From the NCBI GenBank assembly GCA_000004695.1, contig CM000152.2, forward strand, positions 3,872,001 to 3,936,000: a DNA stretch of 64,000 nucleotides, read 5' to 3'. Below the pieces are notes generated by a model that saw nothing but the letters and a program-made list of their open reading frames with translations, made no database searches and had not been told where the DNA came from. Shown piece by piece: positions 17,710 to 28,776 of this stretch. Source of the DNA: Dictyostelium discoideum. Its lineage: Eukaryota. The position numbers and the translations under genes were made by a program. How positions within the stretch are numbered: the first letter of the stretch is position 1; each line of letters begins with the position of its first letter.

Positions 17710-18076
17710 TTAAATACCACAACATGAACCATTTCCTCCACCCATACTTCCATGACCATGACCATGGCCACGATTACCAGATCCACGATTACTACCACAA
17801 GCACCGCTTGATCTAGAACCTCCAGTTAAATCTAATCCTAGACCTAAACCTAATCCAAGAATACTTCCACTTCCTCCACCACAACCGCCACCACATGCAA
17901 TTGAATTAGAACCCATACTTGTCCCACTACCAAACGAGGCAATACTGGATTTTGAACTTGTCATTGGACTTGAAATTGATGAGATTGATGCTTTTATTTA
18001 ATTATAAATTAATTAGTTTTAATTTTTTTTTTTTTAAAAAATAAAATATCATTAAATCCTTACAAAAAAGTGTCAT
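17710..18076 (-). CDS. hssA/2C/7E-family small Gly/Ser/Cys-rich protein, copy 1 (exon 1 at 18076-18064, exon 2 at 17990-17710); variant tail with HG repeats
   Basis: Exon 1 is ATGACACTTTTTT|GTAAGG. The AAAAG acceptor joins in phase 1 to ORF 17710..17964. The product is [43 protein letters not shown]...(GL)n...[19 protein letters not shown]. Confidence 0.7.
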
Positions 18077-18822
18077 TTTATTTTTTCTGATTAAGTGAAT
18101 AACTAAATTTTTTAAATTTTTTATTTATACTTTTTTTTAAACCTTAAATAATAATTTACTTTTTATCAATAAATAATAATTTGTAATTTATCCAAAAAAG
18201 TATAATGTCAAAAAGCTTAACACAATTTTTATAATTAATATTCTTACTTTTGTGTTTTTATTAGATGAAAATATACTTTTTAACAGTTTATACATTTATT
18301 TGAAATAAATAAAAATAATATTATTTTTAATATATTAATTTTTTATAATAAAAACGATAGCGATTATCATTAACAATTTTATAACCCCACTCCACAATTA
18401 TTAAAAAATAATTTTAAAAGTGGTGTTTAAAATAAAAAAAAAATCACTAATAACAATACCGCCACCTGCCATTAAAAAAATAAAATTTTCTATATTACAT
18501 TTCTTGTAAAATTTATCACACATGTGGGAAGTAATGAAAATATAAATTTCAAAAAATAAAAAAAATCAATTAACAATACAATGAAATATTAAAATAATTT
18601 GTTTAAAATAAAAATCTTTTTTTTTAATAAATCATTTTAAAAAAGAGGGAAATTTAATTTTTTAAAAAAAAGTATTATGATAATAATAAAAAACAAATTT
18701 TTTTAAAAATTAAAAAAGTTCTAATTTATTTAGTTTTTTTAATTTAATTGGAAATTCGCCAATTTTAAATTAAAGTAGTATTACATTTATTGTAATGTTG
18801 AGTATATATATTATAATAATTT

Positions 18823-19195
18823 TTAAATACCACAACAACAACCTCCACAGCATGGGCTTTTTCCTCCACCCATACCTCCATTACCATTACCACGGTTTCC
18901 ACCATTACCACCACAAGCACCTCTTGATCTAGAACCTCCAGTTAAATCTAAACCCAATCCTAAACCTAATCCTAAACCAAGAATGCCTCCACTTCCACCA
19001 CAACCACCACATGCAATTGAATTTGAGCCCATACTTGTTCCACTACCAAATGATGAAATACTGGATTTTGAACTTGTCATTGGATTTGAGATTGATGAAA
19101 TTGATGCTATTAATTTTTTTAATTTAATAAGTATTCATATTTAATTTTAAATATTCCTTTATTATAATTTAAAAATACTTACAAAAGAGGGTCAT
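18823..19195 (-). CDS. hssA/2C/7E-family protein, copy 2 (A-type; exon 1 at 19195-19183, exon 2 at 19106-18823)
   Basis: Exon 1 is ATGACCCTCTTTT|GTAAGT, with a 76-nt intron ending TTAATAG. The product is [27 protein letters not shown]...CCGGCCCGI. Confidence 0.7.
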
Positions 19196-19711
19196 TTTAT
19201 TTTTTTATTTATTTTATTAAATTTTAGTTTATTTAATTATTTATTGAATTAATAATTTATTGATGAAATAAATAATAAAATTTTTTATTTATTTATACAT
19301 TTTTTTTTGAAATAATTTATTAATTAAAAATATTTTGTAATTTAACCTCAAGTCTACATAGTCAAAAAGTTACACACTAATTTCTAATAAATCAATTATG
19401 TTAGATTAATTCTTTTTACAAATTATACTTAAATAGAAAAAAGTTTAAAAAATGAAATTTCTAAATGGAATGTTTAAAACTTCATATAAAAACGAATTTG
19501 TTTATCACCAAACACACATATATTTATTAAAAAATTGAAATATAGTGTTTTCAATTCAAAAAAATCATCATATGATCTTTAACAATACCCCCATTTTTTA
19601 AACCTAAAAATAATTATCACCAACTTACAATTATCTTAATATTTTTTTTATATTAAAAATTTAAAGACGATGATATTATTTTAATGAAAACACTCTAATG
19701 ATTGATACCAC

Positions 19712-19742
<31 letters not shown>

Positions 19743-20079
19743 AAAACTTTAATTTTTAAATAAAATTTCAATTATAAAATAAAAACCAAATTATAGTTGT
19801 TTTAAATTTTTTTTTTTTTTATAAAAATGAACATGAGTAATTTTTACTATCGAAAATTCATATCCTATTCCCCTAAATTGATCTCCATTTTTAAACATCA
19901 AAACAATATACAAAATTTTCAAATTAAGACAATAAGAAAAAAAAAAAAAATAATTTGAAAAAATAGTTTTTTATTTATTTGTTTTTTTTTATAATTTGGT
20001 AATCCACCAATTTTATTTTAAATAAAATTGTTTTATATTTATAGTAATTTGGTAATATATTATAGTTTTTTTAAATATT

Positions 20080-20473
20080 TTAAATACCACAACATGGACC
20101 TCCACAACATGAACCATTTCCTCCACCCATACCTCCATTACCATTACCATTACCACGATTACCACCACAAGAACCTCTAGATCTAGAACCACCAGTTAAA
20201 TCTAAACCTAGTCCTAGACCTAAACCTAAACCTGAACCAAGAATACCACCACTTCCTCCACAACCACCACCACATGCAATTGAATTTGAACTCATACTTG
20301 TTCCACTACCGAATGATGCAATACTTGATTTTGATCCAGACATTGATGTTGACATTGATGAAATTGATGCTAATAATAACATAATTAAATTATAAAAAAT
20401 TAGTATTTTTTTTATTTTTATAAAATTTTTAAAACAAAAACTAAATAAGTTAATCCTTACAAAAGAGTGTCAT
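20080..20473 (-). CDS. hssA/2C/7E-family protein, copy 3 (B-type; exon 1 at 20473-20461, exon 2 at 20369-20080)
   Basis: Exon 1 is ATGACACTCTTTT|GTAAGG, with a 91-nt intron ending TTATTAG. The ORF-track ATG at 20382 lies inside the intron. The product is [27 protein letters not shown]...[10 protein letters not shown]. Confidence 0.7.
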
Positions 20474-21287
20474 TTTTTGATTTATTTATTAATTAAAATT
20501 TAATTTTTTTTATATTTGATTTGTTGATATTTGATGATTTAATTAATAAAAAAAAAAAACTTAATTTATAATTTTTTTTTTTTATAGGATAATTAAAATA
20601 AAATCATATTTTTTAATTTGTTTTCTTTAAATTATAATAATTTGTAATATAACCAATTTTTTTACAAATGTATAACTTCAAAAAATTAACCACAAAATTA
20701 CAATAAAACAAATTCTTTGATTTATACTTTTTTTTTTTATTTATTTAAGGTGTATTTAAAATTTTATATACATTTTTTAACAGTTTATATTAAAAAGGAT
20801 AAAACGAAATTTCTAGTTAATAATAACAAATTTGTATTTTTTTATTTAACCCCCACAACCCACAAAATTTAATTAATAAATATAATAATTTATGATGTTG
20901 TTAATTAGAAGAAAAAAAAAAAAAAAAACAACCACTAAATAATTTTTACCAAATTACAATTGTAGTAAAATTTAACACTAGTGCGGGAAGTAATGAAGTA
21001 AATTCAAAAAAATAAAAAAAGCGATTAATTAACAATACAATGAAATTTAACAATAATAAACAAACTGATAAAACCTTATTAAAATTTTATTTTTTAATAA
21101 ATCATTTTAAAAAGAGTTAAATTTTTAAAAAAAAGTATTATGATAATAATAAAAAAACAAAATTTTTAATAATAAAAAAGATTTTTTTTATTTATTTTTT
21201 TTAATTTGAAATTCGCCAGTTTTATAAATAAAGTAGTATTACATTTATTGTAATGTTGAGTATATAATTATAATTTTTTTAAATTTT

Positions 21288-21652
21288 TTAAATACCACAA
21301 CAACCTCCACAACATGGACCATTTCCTCCACCCATACCTCCATTACCATTACCACTGTTACCACCATTACCACAAGCACCTCTTGATCTAGAACCTCCAG
21401 TTAAATCTAAACCCAATCCTAAACCTAAACCTAAACCAAGAATACCTCCACTTCCACCACAACCACCACCACATGCAATTGAATTAGAACCCATACTTGT
21501 TCCACTACCAAATGATGATATACTGGATTTTGAACTTGTCATTGGATTTGAGATTGATGAAATTGATGCTAATAATTTTATAATTTAATTAGTATTCATA
21601 ATTTAAATTTAAAATTTCTTTTTAGAAAAAAATCCTTACAAAAGAGTGTCAT
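21288..21652 (-). CDS. hssA/2C/7E-family protein, copy 4 (A-type; exon 1 at 21652-21640, exon 2 at 21568-21288)
   Basis: Same 13-nt exon 1, GTAAGG donor and TTATTAG acceptor as the other copies; ORF 21288..21542. Confidence 0.7.
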
Positions 21653-22193
21653 TTTATTTTATTTTATTTTATATTTTAGTTTTTTATTTTTTGTTTATTG
21701 AATTAGTTAATTTGATTTAAATAAAAAAAAAAGTTTATAATTTATTTATACATTTTTTTTTAAAAAAATAATTTTAATTGAATAATCAATTTTTATTAAT
21801 TAAAAATATTTTGTAATTTAACCTCAAGTCAACAAAGTTATACAGATATCCACAAATTTCTAATAAATAAATTCTGTTAGATTAATTCTTTTTACAAATT
21901 ATACATAAATAGAAATTTCTAAATGAAATGTATAAAACTTCCTATAAAAACGAATTTGTTTATCACCCCAACCCACAAATATTTGTTGAAAAATTGAAAT
22001 ATAGTGGTGGCAATTCAAAAAAAGACATCATATGATCTTTAACAATACCCCCATTTTTTAAACCTAAAAATATTAATTTGCCAACTTACAATTATTATAA
22101 TATATTTTTTTATTAAAAATAGAAGTAAATAAAAAATTTAAAGAAGATATTATTTTAATGAAAAAAATTTAATGATTAATATCAATCATTTAC

Positions 22194-22231
<38 letters not shown>

Positions 22232-22493
22232 AAATTTGGAAGTAAAATAAAAAATGTTATGGATGTTCTTTTTTAAATAATGTATCGATTTTTATTTTGA
22301 GATCATTCACGAGATTATAAAAAAATCTTTTTTAAAAATATCAATAATCATATTTTAGATATTTTTGTATAGCAATTTTCATCATTTTTTATTTATTTGT
22401 TTTTTATAATTCGGTAATTCACCAATTTTATATTAAATAAAATAGTATTACATTTATAGTAATTTGAATATATATTTTTTTTTTTTAAATATT

Positions 22494-22883
22494 TTAAATA
22501 CCACAACATGGACCTCCACAACATGAACCATTTCCTCCACCCATACCTCCATTACCATTACCACGGTTACCACCATTACCACAAGCACCTCTTGATCTAG
22601 AACCACCAGTTAAATCTAAACCTAATCCTAAACCTAAACCTGAACCAAGAATACCACCACTTCCTCCACAACCACCACCACATGCAATAGAATTGGAGCC
22701 CATACTTGTTCCACTACCAAATGATGCAATACTTGATTTTGATCCAGACATTGAGGTTGACATAGATGAGATTGATGCTAATAATTAAATAATTAATTAA
22801 AATTATAAAATTAATATTTTATTTTATTTATAAATTTTTTTAACCAAAAATAAAATAATTTAATCCTTACAAAAGAGTGTCAT
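22494..22883 (-). CDS. hssA/2C/7E-family protein, copy 5 (B-type; exon 1 at 22883-22871, exon 2 at 22777-22494)
   Basis: Exon 1 is ATGACACTCTTTT|GTAAGG; ORF 22494..22763 extended upstream to the acceptor ATTATTAG. Confidence 0.7.
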
Positions 22884-23239
22884 TTTATTTTTTTTACTTT
22901 AAAATTTGATTTATTTGATGATTTAATTAATGATAGTAAAAAAAAAAAACTTTAAATTTATACTATTTTTTATAGGATAATTAAAATTAAATCATTTTTA
23001 TATTTTTTTTCTTCAAATTATAATTTGTAATTTAACCAATTTTTACAAATGTCAAAAAGTTTACCACAAAATTACAATAAAGCAAATTCTTTGATTTTTA
23101 CTTTTTATTTTTTTTATTTTTGAGGGTAAATACATTTTGGACAGTTTATATTAAAAAGGATATAATGAAATTTCTAATAATAACAAATTCGTATTTATTT
23201 AATTAACCCTCACAATCCACAAATTTTTTAAATATTTAG

Positions 23240-23281
<42 letters not shown>

Positions 23282-23919
23282 TAGAAAAAATAACAATACC
23301 ACCATTAAAAAAATTATTTGTTACCAAATTACAATTCCAGTAAAATTTAACTCAAGTGTGGGATGTTATGGCAATATTAATTAACAATACAATGAAATTT
23401 AACAATAATAAAATCTTAAACTGATATATCTCCTAAAATTAATTTATTAATTTAAAATCTTTTTTTATTTAATCAATCATTTTAAAAAAAGTTAAATTTA
23501 ATTTATAAAAAAAAGAATTATGATAATTATAAAAAACAGAATTTTAAATAAAAAAAAATTTTGATTAAATTTATTTAGTTTTTTAATATAATTGGAGCAT
23601 ATTTAGCACCAATGGCAACATTATAGCAGCTTGAGAAGGTGTATCGCTAGTGGTCTACAATAATGACCAGCATTGTGAGCAGGTGGATGGCATAAAAGCA
23701 CGAGTGTACCCAGAATAACTAACAGAATCAATGGTAGCACAAACCTAACCAATAAATTCTGAAAAAAAAAGAAAAAAAAAAGAAAAAAAAAAAATTAATT
23801 ACTATAGATTTTAATTATTTATTATTTTAAAATAACTTACCTATAATGATTTGGTACACATTTTTGTTGTTTTATATTTTGTTTTCTTTTTTAGTTGGTC
23901 ACATTCGATGTTTGAGGAG

Positions 23920-23952
<33 letters not shown>

Positions 23953-25026
23953 AAATAATTTTAAAATTGAAAAAAAAAAAAAAGGTGGGAAAAAAATGAA
24001 TTATTTTTTTTTTGGTTTTAGAATAGATAAACAGAGCACTCAAAAATATACAAAATGATATAAAATCTAAAAAAATGAATGTAACAATAATCGTATTATA
24101 GTAATTGTAAATTCTATTTTTTCCATTACATATTTAAAATAATATAAAAAAAAATAAATGGAATAAATCTTGATTTCTATAACCGATTTTATTTTTTTTT
24201 TTTTTTTTTTTGTATTCCATATTATTATTTTCTTGGGTACTTATTCCAAAAAGAAAATGATTTTGTTGGTGGGAAATATATTATTTATTATTCTTGTTAT
24301 TTTTGGAAAGAATAATAATATGGAATCATGAAAAAAAATTAATTAAAAAAAAAAAAAAAAAAATTCACACAAAAAACACAACTAATAAATCATCAATTAA
24401 TATACTTTAATATTGAAATGCCATGTTATTTTTTATAAAAAAATACAAAATTATTTTTCATTTCCACACCATCTCATTTTTTTTCTATATAAATGAGCCA
24501 AGATTGGATCATGTGATAAAAAAAAAATAAAAACAAAGAAAAAAATAAAAAAAAAATAAAAAAAATAAAAAATTAAAAAAAAAAAAAAAAAATGTAATAA
24601 TTAATACATTTCTTTATATATCTACTACTAAATACATAGTATTAATTATTTTTAAATTATATAAAATAAAAAATTAAAAAGCAAATAAACAAAACTTATT
24701 TTATTCCTTTAACATAAAAAACATTTAAAAAACTAAGAATTTATTTTTATTTTTCAATTTTATATAATTAATAGTATTTCCAATTGTTTCTCCCCAAGTT
24801 TAAAAACCTTTATTCGGTTACTCTTTATTCTACCTGGCTATTACTAATTCTTCTACTTTATCAAAACATGCTGAATCATTTGATGGTATCCAAAACTTTG
24901 CTATTGGACGACCTAATGTACTTTCAAACTCTCATATTTTTGTTCTATAACAATGGAAACATAGAAAAATTTTATGTAGGTTCCATCAGAAATTATATTA
25001 ATTTAATTTCTGTATTATTTATTTAG

Positions 25027-25087
<61 letters not shown>

Positions 25088-26058
25088 TAATGTAAATTTT
25101 ATTTAATTTTAATTTCTATTTTTTTATAATTTTTTTAGTAATTGTTTATTTTAATAGTAATATTAAAATTTGATGAATAAAAAAAAAAGACACATAATGT
25201 TTTACTCTTTAGAAAGGATGAATTTTTATTTTTTTTAATTTTTTATTTTTTATAAATTCACAATGAGACCCAGTATTAAATATAAAAATATGTTTTATTT
25301 TATTCTAACTTTAGATAAAAAAACAATGATGTTCCTATTTTAAGAAACAATGTTTTTATTATTTAATTTTTTTTTTTTTTTTTTATTTAGTGTTGTTATA
25401 TAAACATTTTTTTTATTATTTTATTTTAAAAAAAAAAAGCTTAACTGAAAATAGTTTTTCTAAAAATAGAATTTTTTGATCTGGCCAAAAATGAAAAATA
25501 ATTATATCATTACAATAAAATGGGAAAATAATGAGAAAACAATGGAGATTTGTTAAAATTAATAATAAAATTGTTTTTTTTTTTTTTTTTTTTTTTTTTA
25601 AGGTAATTCAAGTGTGGGAAGTTTTATATGGTTAAATTTACAGATAATGCAATACCACACAATTTTTTTTATTTTTTTATTTGGGTGTGTGATAAATAAA
25701 TAAAAAAATAAAAATAAAAAAAAAACAAATGGTGGTGATTGATTGTGTGCTGTTTTCTTAAAAAATAAATAAATAAAAAAAAAAATAAAAAAAAAATAAA
25801 AATAAAAAATATATTTTTTGAAATTACATATTGGTACAATGATATAAATAATTTTTTTTTTTCATTATCAATTTTATTTTTTTGTTCACTCAAAAACATC
25901 TCTATTTTATTATATAAAAGCTACACATTGTAAATCCAAAATTTCATTACCTTTCAAGTAAATATTATTTTTTATTTTAGTTTTAAAAATATATTTTATT
26001 AACCTTTTTTTATCTTTTTTTTCTTTTCTCTTTTTTTTTTTTTTTTTTTTTATAAAGA

Positions 26059-28113
26059 ATGGAAAACCCATTCAATTCCAATACTTATAATAATAATTAT
26101 AATAATACTAATTATAATAATAATAATAATTATTATTATAATAATAATAATAATTATAGTAATAATTATTATAATAATAATTATAATAATAATAATTTGA
26201 ATAATAATTATACCAGTTGTAGTAATCATCTCAACCTAACTCCTGAAGAATCTATGATTGATCAACCAAAGGAAAAAGAACAACCTATGCCTTTCTCTGC
26301 ACAAGACAGAACTTTGGCAGTTACTACACCGTCCAATCTAGCAATAGAATCTCAAGTTACCGATCTGTTGAGAGAGGATGAGGAACCATCTGCTGATGCA
26401 TCGCCAGCTACTACCTTTTCCATACAATTAATCGCCAAAGGAGGGCATGTTATTTACCTTAACCATCCAAATGCTCAAGTAGCTACTCTCAAGGTTCAAC
26501 TACCTGATACCGCACCATCCACTTTAGAATTACCATTACAAATAACTCCAGCAATAGACGTAAAGCAACTTGCAATATCGACCCATGATTACCAAAAAAA
26601 TCGGGTGAAGGTATGCGTACCTCGATTAGATCCTAAGGGTAAAGGATATGTACGTATTGAAGCATATGGTTTAAAAGGAGGATCAGGCGGTATAGAACTA
26701 GATACAGAGAAATTGATTACAGATATCGTATCAGGGTTCCATTTAGTAGGCATGCAGCCTTCTTCGGAAATGATCAATAGTTGGCGTCCTTTTTTAAGAG
26801 ACTTCTCTACTACACTCTCCAATATGACTCTGGACTTAAAGGATACCCCTTCTCCGATGTCAATTAATTCTTATGATCCAGGTAACTATCGCAGTACCTT
26901 TGAGCGAATAGCGAGTCATGCTACTAATAGAAGAATTACCCTCACACGATATGGGGCAGCCTACTTGCATATCGTGAGCCAAATAAGAACAAAGATCAAA
27001 CAACAGCAAAGCCTTCCCATTGACCCAGTTGAGTATCCTTCCCATAGCTATACGGTAAGCTTACAACCCAACTTATTGCATATGCTACCCTTGGTGGCCT
27101 CGCTGAATCATCTCTATGCTACGCCCATAGGAGGAGAATTTACCTTTGATGTAGGTAGTTTAATGCAGATAGCCCAGGTCGCTGTATGCTTTCATCCTGC
27201 TTTTTTAAATTTTGAAAATTCTAAAAGAATTACTTCTACTGGCATCAACCTAGATGATTTACTCACTGCTGCTTTACAAGAAACCACTTTGCAAGAGACT
27301 GCAAGAAAGCAAATGGATCAACAAGCACAAGAAAAGATAAAAAAAACAGTAGGTGAGGTAAGTGATTCGCTAGAAAACATAGAACTAGTCATTGAAGATG
27401 CGAAAGAACAATGGCAATCCTTGCATCCTCCCACAGATAACTACCCAGCATCTATGCAAGAAATCATCAAGGATTTGAAAGACATGCATACTTTACTAAC
27501 TAAAAAACTCACCATTTTAGATGATTTAGCCGGTGCAGATGAGAAAATTCGGGCTAAACGCAAAGAGCTGGTGGTAAAATCCACCAGGATGCAAGATGAA
27601 ATCGATGTCCTACTGCCTAAAATGCAGCAGGAACTGGAAAAGGTGAAGAGGGACGCAGTAGCACAAGAGTCTACCTTATTGGTTAGCCCCACAGGTAAAG
27701 GGATCCGTAATGACCGTGGAGGACAAGGTCATTACGGTGCATCGAGAGGTGGTCGCAAACATATGGGCATAGATTTTAGTTCAATAGTAGGACAGGATAT
27801 TGTAGCGCCTATATCTGGGAAAGTAGTCAATTTTAAAGGAGCTAGAACAAAGTATCCTATGTTACAACTATATCCATCAAAAAAGTTCACAGAATTTGAT
27901 TATCTACAAATGTTATATGTTCATCCTCCAGTTGGAATCAATATGGGAGCTAGCTATCAAGTATCTGTTGGAGATACTATTGGTATAGCGGCAAATTTAC
28001 AAGAATTAGGATACTCGGTAGAAGTGACACCACATATTCATTTAGAACTAAAAAAGAATGTACCTGGTAAAGATCCTATAAGTATTGACCCCACTAAATT
28101 TTTCTTCAACTAG
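26059..28113 (+). CDS. Intron-less 684-aa protein: a poly-N/Y leader, then a GC-shifted body with a coiled-coil region and a C-terminal M23 (LytM/lysostaphin-like) metallopeptidase domain; candidate horizontally acquired gene
   Basis: M23 signatures RKHMGIDFS (HxGxD) and TPHIHLE (HxH) flank the GKVVNFKGAR...VGDTIGI core. From about 26215 onward GC rises to roughly 40% against under 25% locally, and codons rare in Dictyostelium (CGG, GGG, CTG, GCG, ACC) appear. There are no introns. Internal ATGs at 26254 (MIDQPKE) and 26287 (MPFSAQ) could be the true start. Confidence 0.6.
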   Translation: MENPFNSNTYNNNYNNTNYNNNNNYYYNNNNNYSNNYYNNNYNNNNLNNNYTSCSNHLNLTPEESMIDQPKEKEQPMPFSAQDRTLAVTTPSNLAIESQVTDLLREDEEPSADASPATTFSIQLIAKGGHVIYLNHPNAQVATLKVQLPDTAPSTLELPLQITPAIDVKQLAISTHDYQKNRVKVCVPRLDPKGKGYVRIEAYGLKGGSGGIELDTEKLITDIVSGFHLVGMQPSSEMINSWRPFLRDFSTTLSNMTLDLKDTPSPMSINSYDPGNYRSTFERIASHATNRRITLTRYGAAYLHIVSQIRTKIKQQQSLPIDPVEYPSHSYTVSLQPNLLHMLPLVASLNHLYATPIGGEFTFDVGSLMQIAQVAVCFHPAFLNFENSKRITSTGINLDDLLTAALQETTLQETARKQMDQQAQEKIKKTVGEVSDSLENIELVIEDAKEQWQSLHPPTDNYPASMQEIIKDLKDMHTLLTKKLTILDDLAGADEKIRAKRKELVVKSTRMQDEIDVLLPKMQQELEKVKRDAVAQESTLLVSPTGKGIRNDRGGQGHYGASRGGRKHMGIDFSSIVGQDIVAPISGKVVNFKGARTKYPMLQLYPSKKFTEFDYLQMLYVHPPVGINMGASYQVSVGDTIGIAANLQELGYSVEVTPHIHLELKKNVPGKDPISIDPTKFFFN

Positions 28114-28381
28114 TAAACCTATGCCTCTGTTTTTCAATTAGTGATTTTTACTGTAGGAAATTCATATCTTAATCACTTTTACAATTTTTAGAACTTCAAA
28201 AAATAGACAAATTTTTTCAAATTAAGATAAAAAAAATAAAAAAAAATTAATTTAAAACAATAATTTTCTATTTATTTGTTTTTTTTTTTATAATTCGGTA
28301 ATTCACCAATTTTATATTAAATAAAATAGTATTACATTTATAGTAATTTGAATATATATTTTAATAATTTTTTAAAATATT

Positions 28382-28776
28382 TTAAATACCACAACATGGA
28401 CCTCCACAACATGAACCATTTCCTCCACCCATACCTCCATTACCATTGCCACGGTTACCACCATTACCACCACAAGCACCTCTAGATCTAGAACCACCAG
28501 TTAAATCTAAACCTAATCCTAAACCTAAACCTAAACCTGAACCAAGAATACCGCCACTTCCACCACAACCACCACCACATGCAATTGAATTTGAACCCAT
28601 ACCTGTTCCACTACCAAATGATGAAATACTGGATTTTGATCCAGACATTGAGGTTGACATTGATGAGATTGATGCTAATAATAACATATTAATTTATAAA
28701 AAATTAGTTTTTTATTTTATTTATAAATTATTTCAACTAAAAATAAAATAATTTTATCCTTACAAAAGAGTGTCAT
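28382..28776 (-). CDS. hssA/2C/7E-family protein, copy 6 (B-type; exon 1 at 28776-28764, exon 2 at 28674-28382)
   Basis: Exon 1 is ATGACACTCTTTT|GTAAGG. ORF 28382..28687 begins inside the intron. The plus-strand Pro-rich ORF 28446..28751 is its antisense artefact. Confidence 0.7.

Noticed and set aside
23846-24058. ORF 23846..24058 (MIWYTFLLFYILFSFLVGHIRCLRRKKKK...)
   Set aside because: It is composed of an A/T homopolymer-encoded K-run and overlaps the intron-like sequence of the neighbouring island on the other strand. It has no motif or codon-usage support.
26589-27692. Three minus-strand ORFs (26589..26822, 26860..27045, 27441..27692) inside the M23-peptidase gene
   Set aside because: The higher GC of this segment lowers stop-codon frequency, so random antisense ORFs of 60-80 codons are expected. 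They show no motifs and are fully nested in the long sense ORF.
28446-28751. Pro-rich 101-aa ORF ([18 protein letters not shown]...); a similar one lies at 61555..61788
   Set aside because: These are exactly antisense to hssA-family Gly-rich coding sequence, since the GGN codons read as NCC on the other strand. They lie in spacer sequence and have no start context, so they are artefacts of the opposite-strand gene.
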